Assembly (NCBI GenBank): GCA_963750645.1
Contig: CAVVRO010000005.1
Location: forward strand, 389,477 to 453,476
DNA: 64,000 nt
Direction: 5' to 3'
DNA from: an uncultured Microthrixaceae bacterium
GTDB lineage: Bacteria; Actinomycetota; Acidimicrobiia; Acidimicrobiales; VFJN01
In this document: positions 63,796-64,000 of the stretch, in pieces
How positions within the stretch are numbered: position 1 is the first letter of the stretch
How the letters are laid out: the number at the start of each line of letters is the position of its first letter
Made by a program: the position numbers and the translations under genes
The notes under the pieces: model-generated
What the model saw: only the letters and a program-made list of their open reading frames with translations
Database searches by the model: none
Told to the model about the DNA's origin: nothing

Positions 63796-64000
63796 ATGCG
63801 ACGAACCATGATCCGGCAGCTTCCGATCTCGCTGCTGTGCGCCAGCGCGCTCCTGTTCGGAGCCTTCGGCTGCAGCGACGACGACGACACCAGCTCCGCG
63901 GACGAGCCCTCATCGACGACCTCGTCGACGACGACCTCGACGACCGAGCGCGCTCGGCCGTGGGACATCCGGGACTTCGGCTTCGACGACGAGCTCGAGC
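63796..64000 (+). CDS. lipoprotein, N-terminal 68 codons (runs off the window end)
   Basis: Not in the ORF track because there is no stop. GGGAGGA lies 7 nt upstream of the ATG. MRRTMIRQLPISLLCASALLFGAFGCSDDDD (lipobox FGAFGC) followed by a Ser/Thr-rich linker. Confidence 0.65.
   Translation, partial: MRRTMIRQLPISLLCASALLFGAFGCSDDDDTSSADEPSSTTSSTTTSTTERARPWDIRDFGFDDELE

Noticed and set aside
1-64000. tRNA, rRNA, CRISPR arrays, IS elements, prophage or integrative-element borders
   Set aside because: Intergenic spacers are short (mostly under 140 bp). None shows cloverleaf-like arms, regularly spaced direct repeats, terminal inverted repeats flanking a transposase, or an integrase gene. The only large duplication (28233-32541) is a plain tandem gene duplication.

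Overview
The window is very GC-rich (about 70% by eye), with the strong third-position GC bias and gene content of an Actinomycetota chromosome. Supporting content: mtrA-mtrB-lpqB, mycothiol-type PIG-L and TIGR03086/DinB-fold proteins, an F420-type LLM oxidoreductase, and a SigE-family ECF sigma. I cannot place it more finely without a database search. It is densely coding, at roughly 65 genes, and I saw no rRNA, tRNA, CRISPR array, transposase or integrase.

Gene layout:
- 1-7.5 kb, minus strand: the 5' part of the dcw cell-wall/division cluster, mraZ-rsmH-ftsL-ftsI-murE-mraY-murD, notably without murF.
- 7.7-26.7 kb: housekeeping genes. These include a lipoate-ligase-like gene, HNH, an acyl-CoA dehydrogenase, a ROK kinase, MoxR-DUF58-transglutaminase, DUF3040, dinB, NUDIX, ybaK, coaA, PIG-L, ltaE, IMPase, STAS, mtrAB plus a very short lpqB-like gene, and pfkA.
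- 26.7-32.5 kb: glpK tightly coupled to two tandem paralogous membrane-anchored alkaline-phosphatase-superfamily (LtaS/EptA-like) enzymes.
- 35.8-59.6 kb: a lipid/steroid-type catabolic island. It holds 2 P450s, 2 crotonases, a family III CoA-transferase, 2 acyl-CoA synthetases, an amidohydrolase, TauD, TesB, a Cys-less thiolase-like protein plus DUF35, a double-TetR, a fadE pair plus a fused fadE-fadE paralogue, LLM, SDR, cupin, VOCs and DsbA-like.
- 59.7-64 kb: small, partly decayed genes, then an ECF sigma, a Kelch-propeller anti-sigma-like protein and a lipoprotein.

Main observations:
- About 21 single-base frame breaks, 15 of them in dinB and the fused fadE. Essential ftsI is also hit, so assembly indels are at least as likely as real decay.
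- Many leaderless-type starts with a TANNNT box 6-9 nt upstream, including a recurring TAGGTTC heptamer.
- Several long perfect or near-perfect inverted repeats placed exactly at ribosome-binding sites or in divergent promoter regions: rsmH, fadD2 and the ECF sigma/lipoprotein spacer.

I did not find a clearly novel multi-gene system. The best candidates for follow-up are the glpK-LtaS-like operon, the sigma/Kelch module with its 28-bp inverted repeat, and the RBS-sequestering hairpins. All calls are from manual translation and motif recognition only; no searches or folding programs were run.
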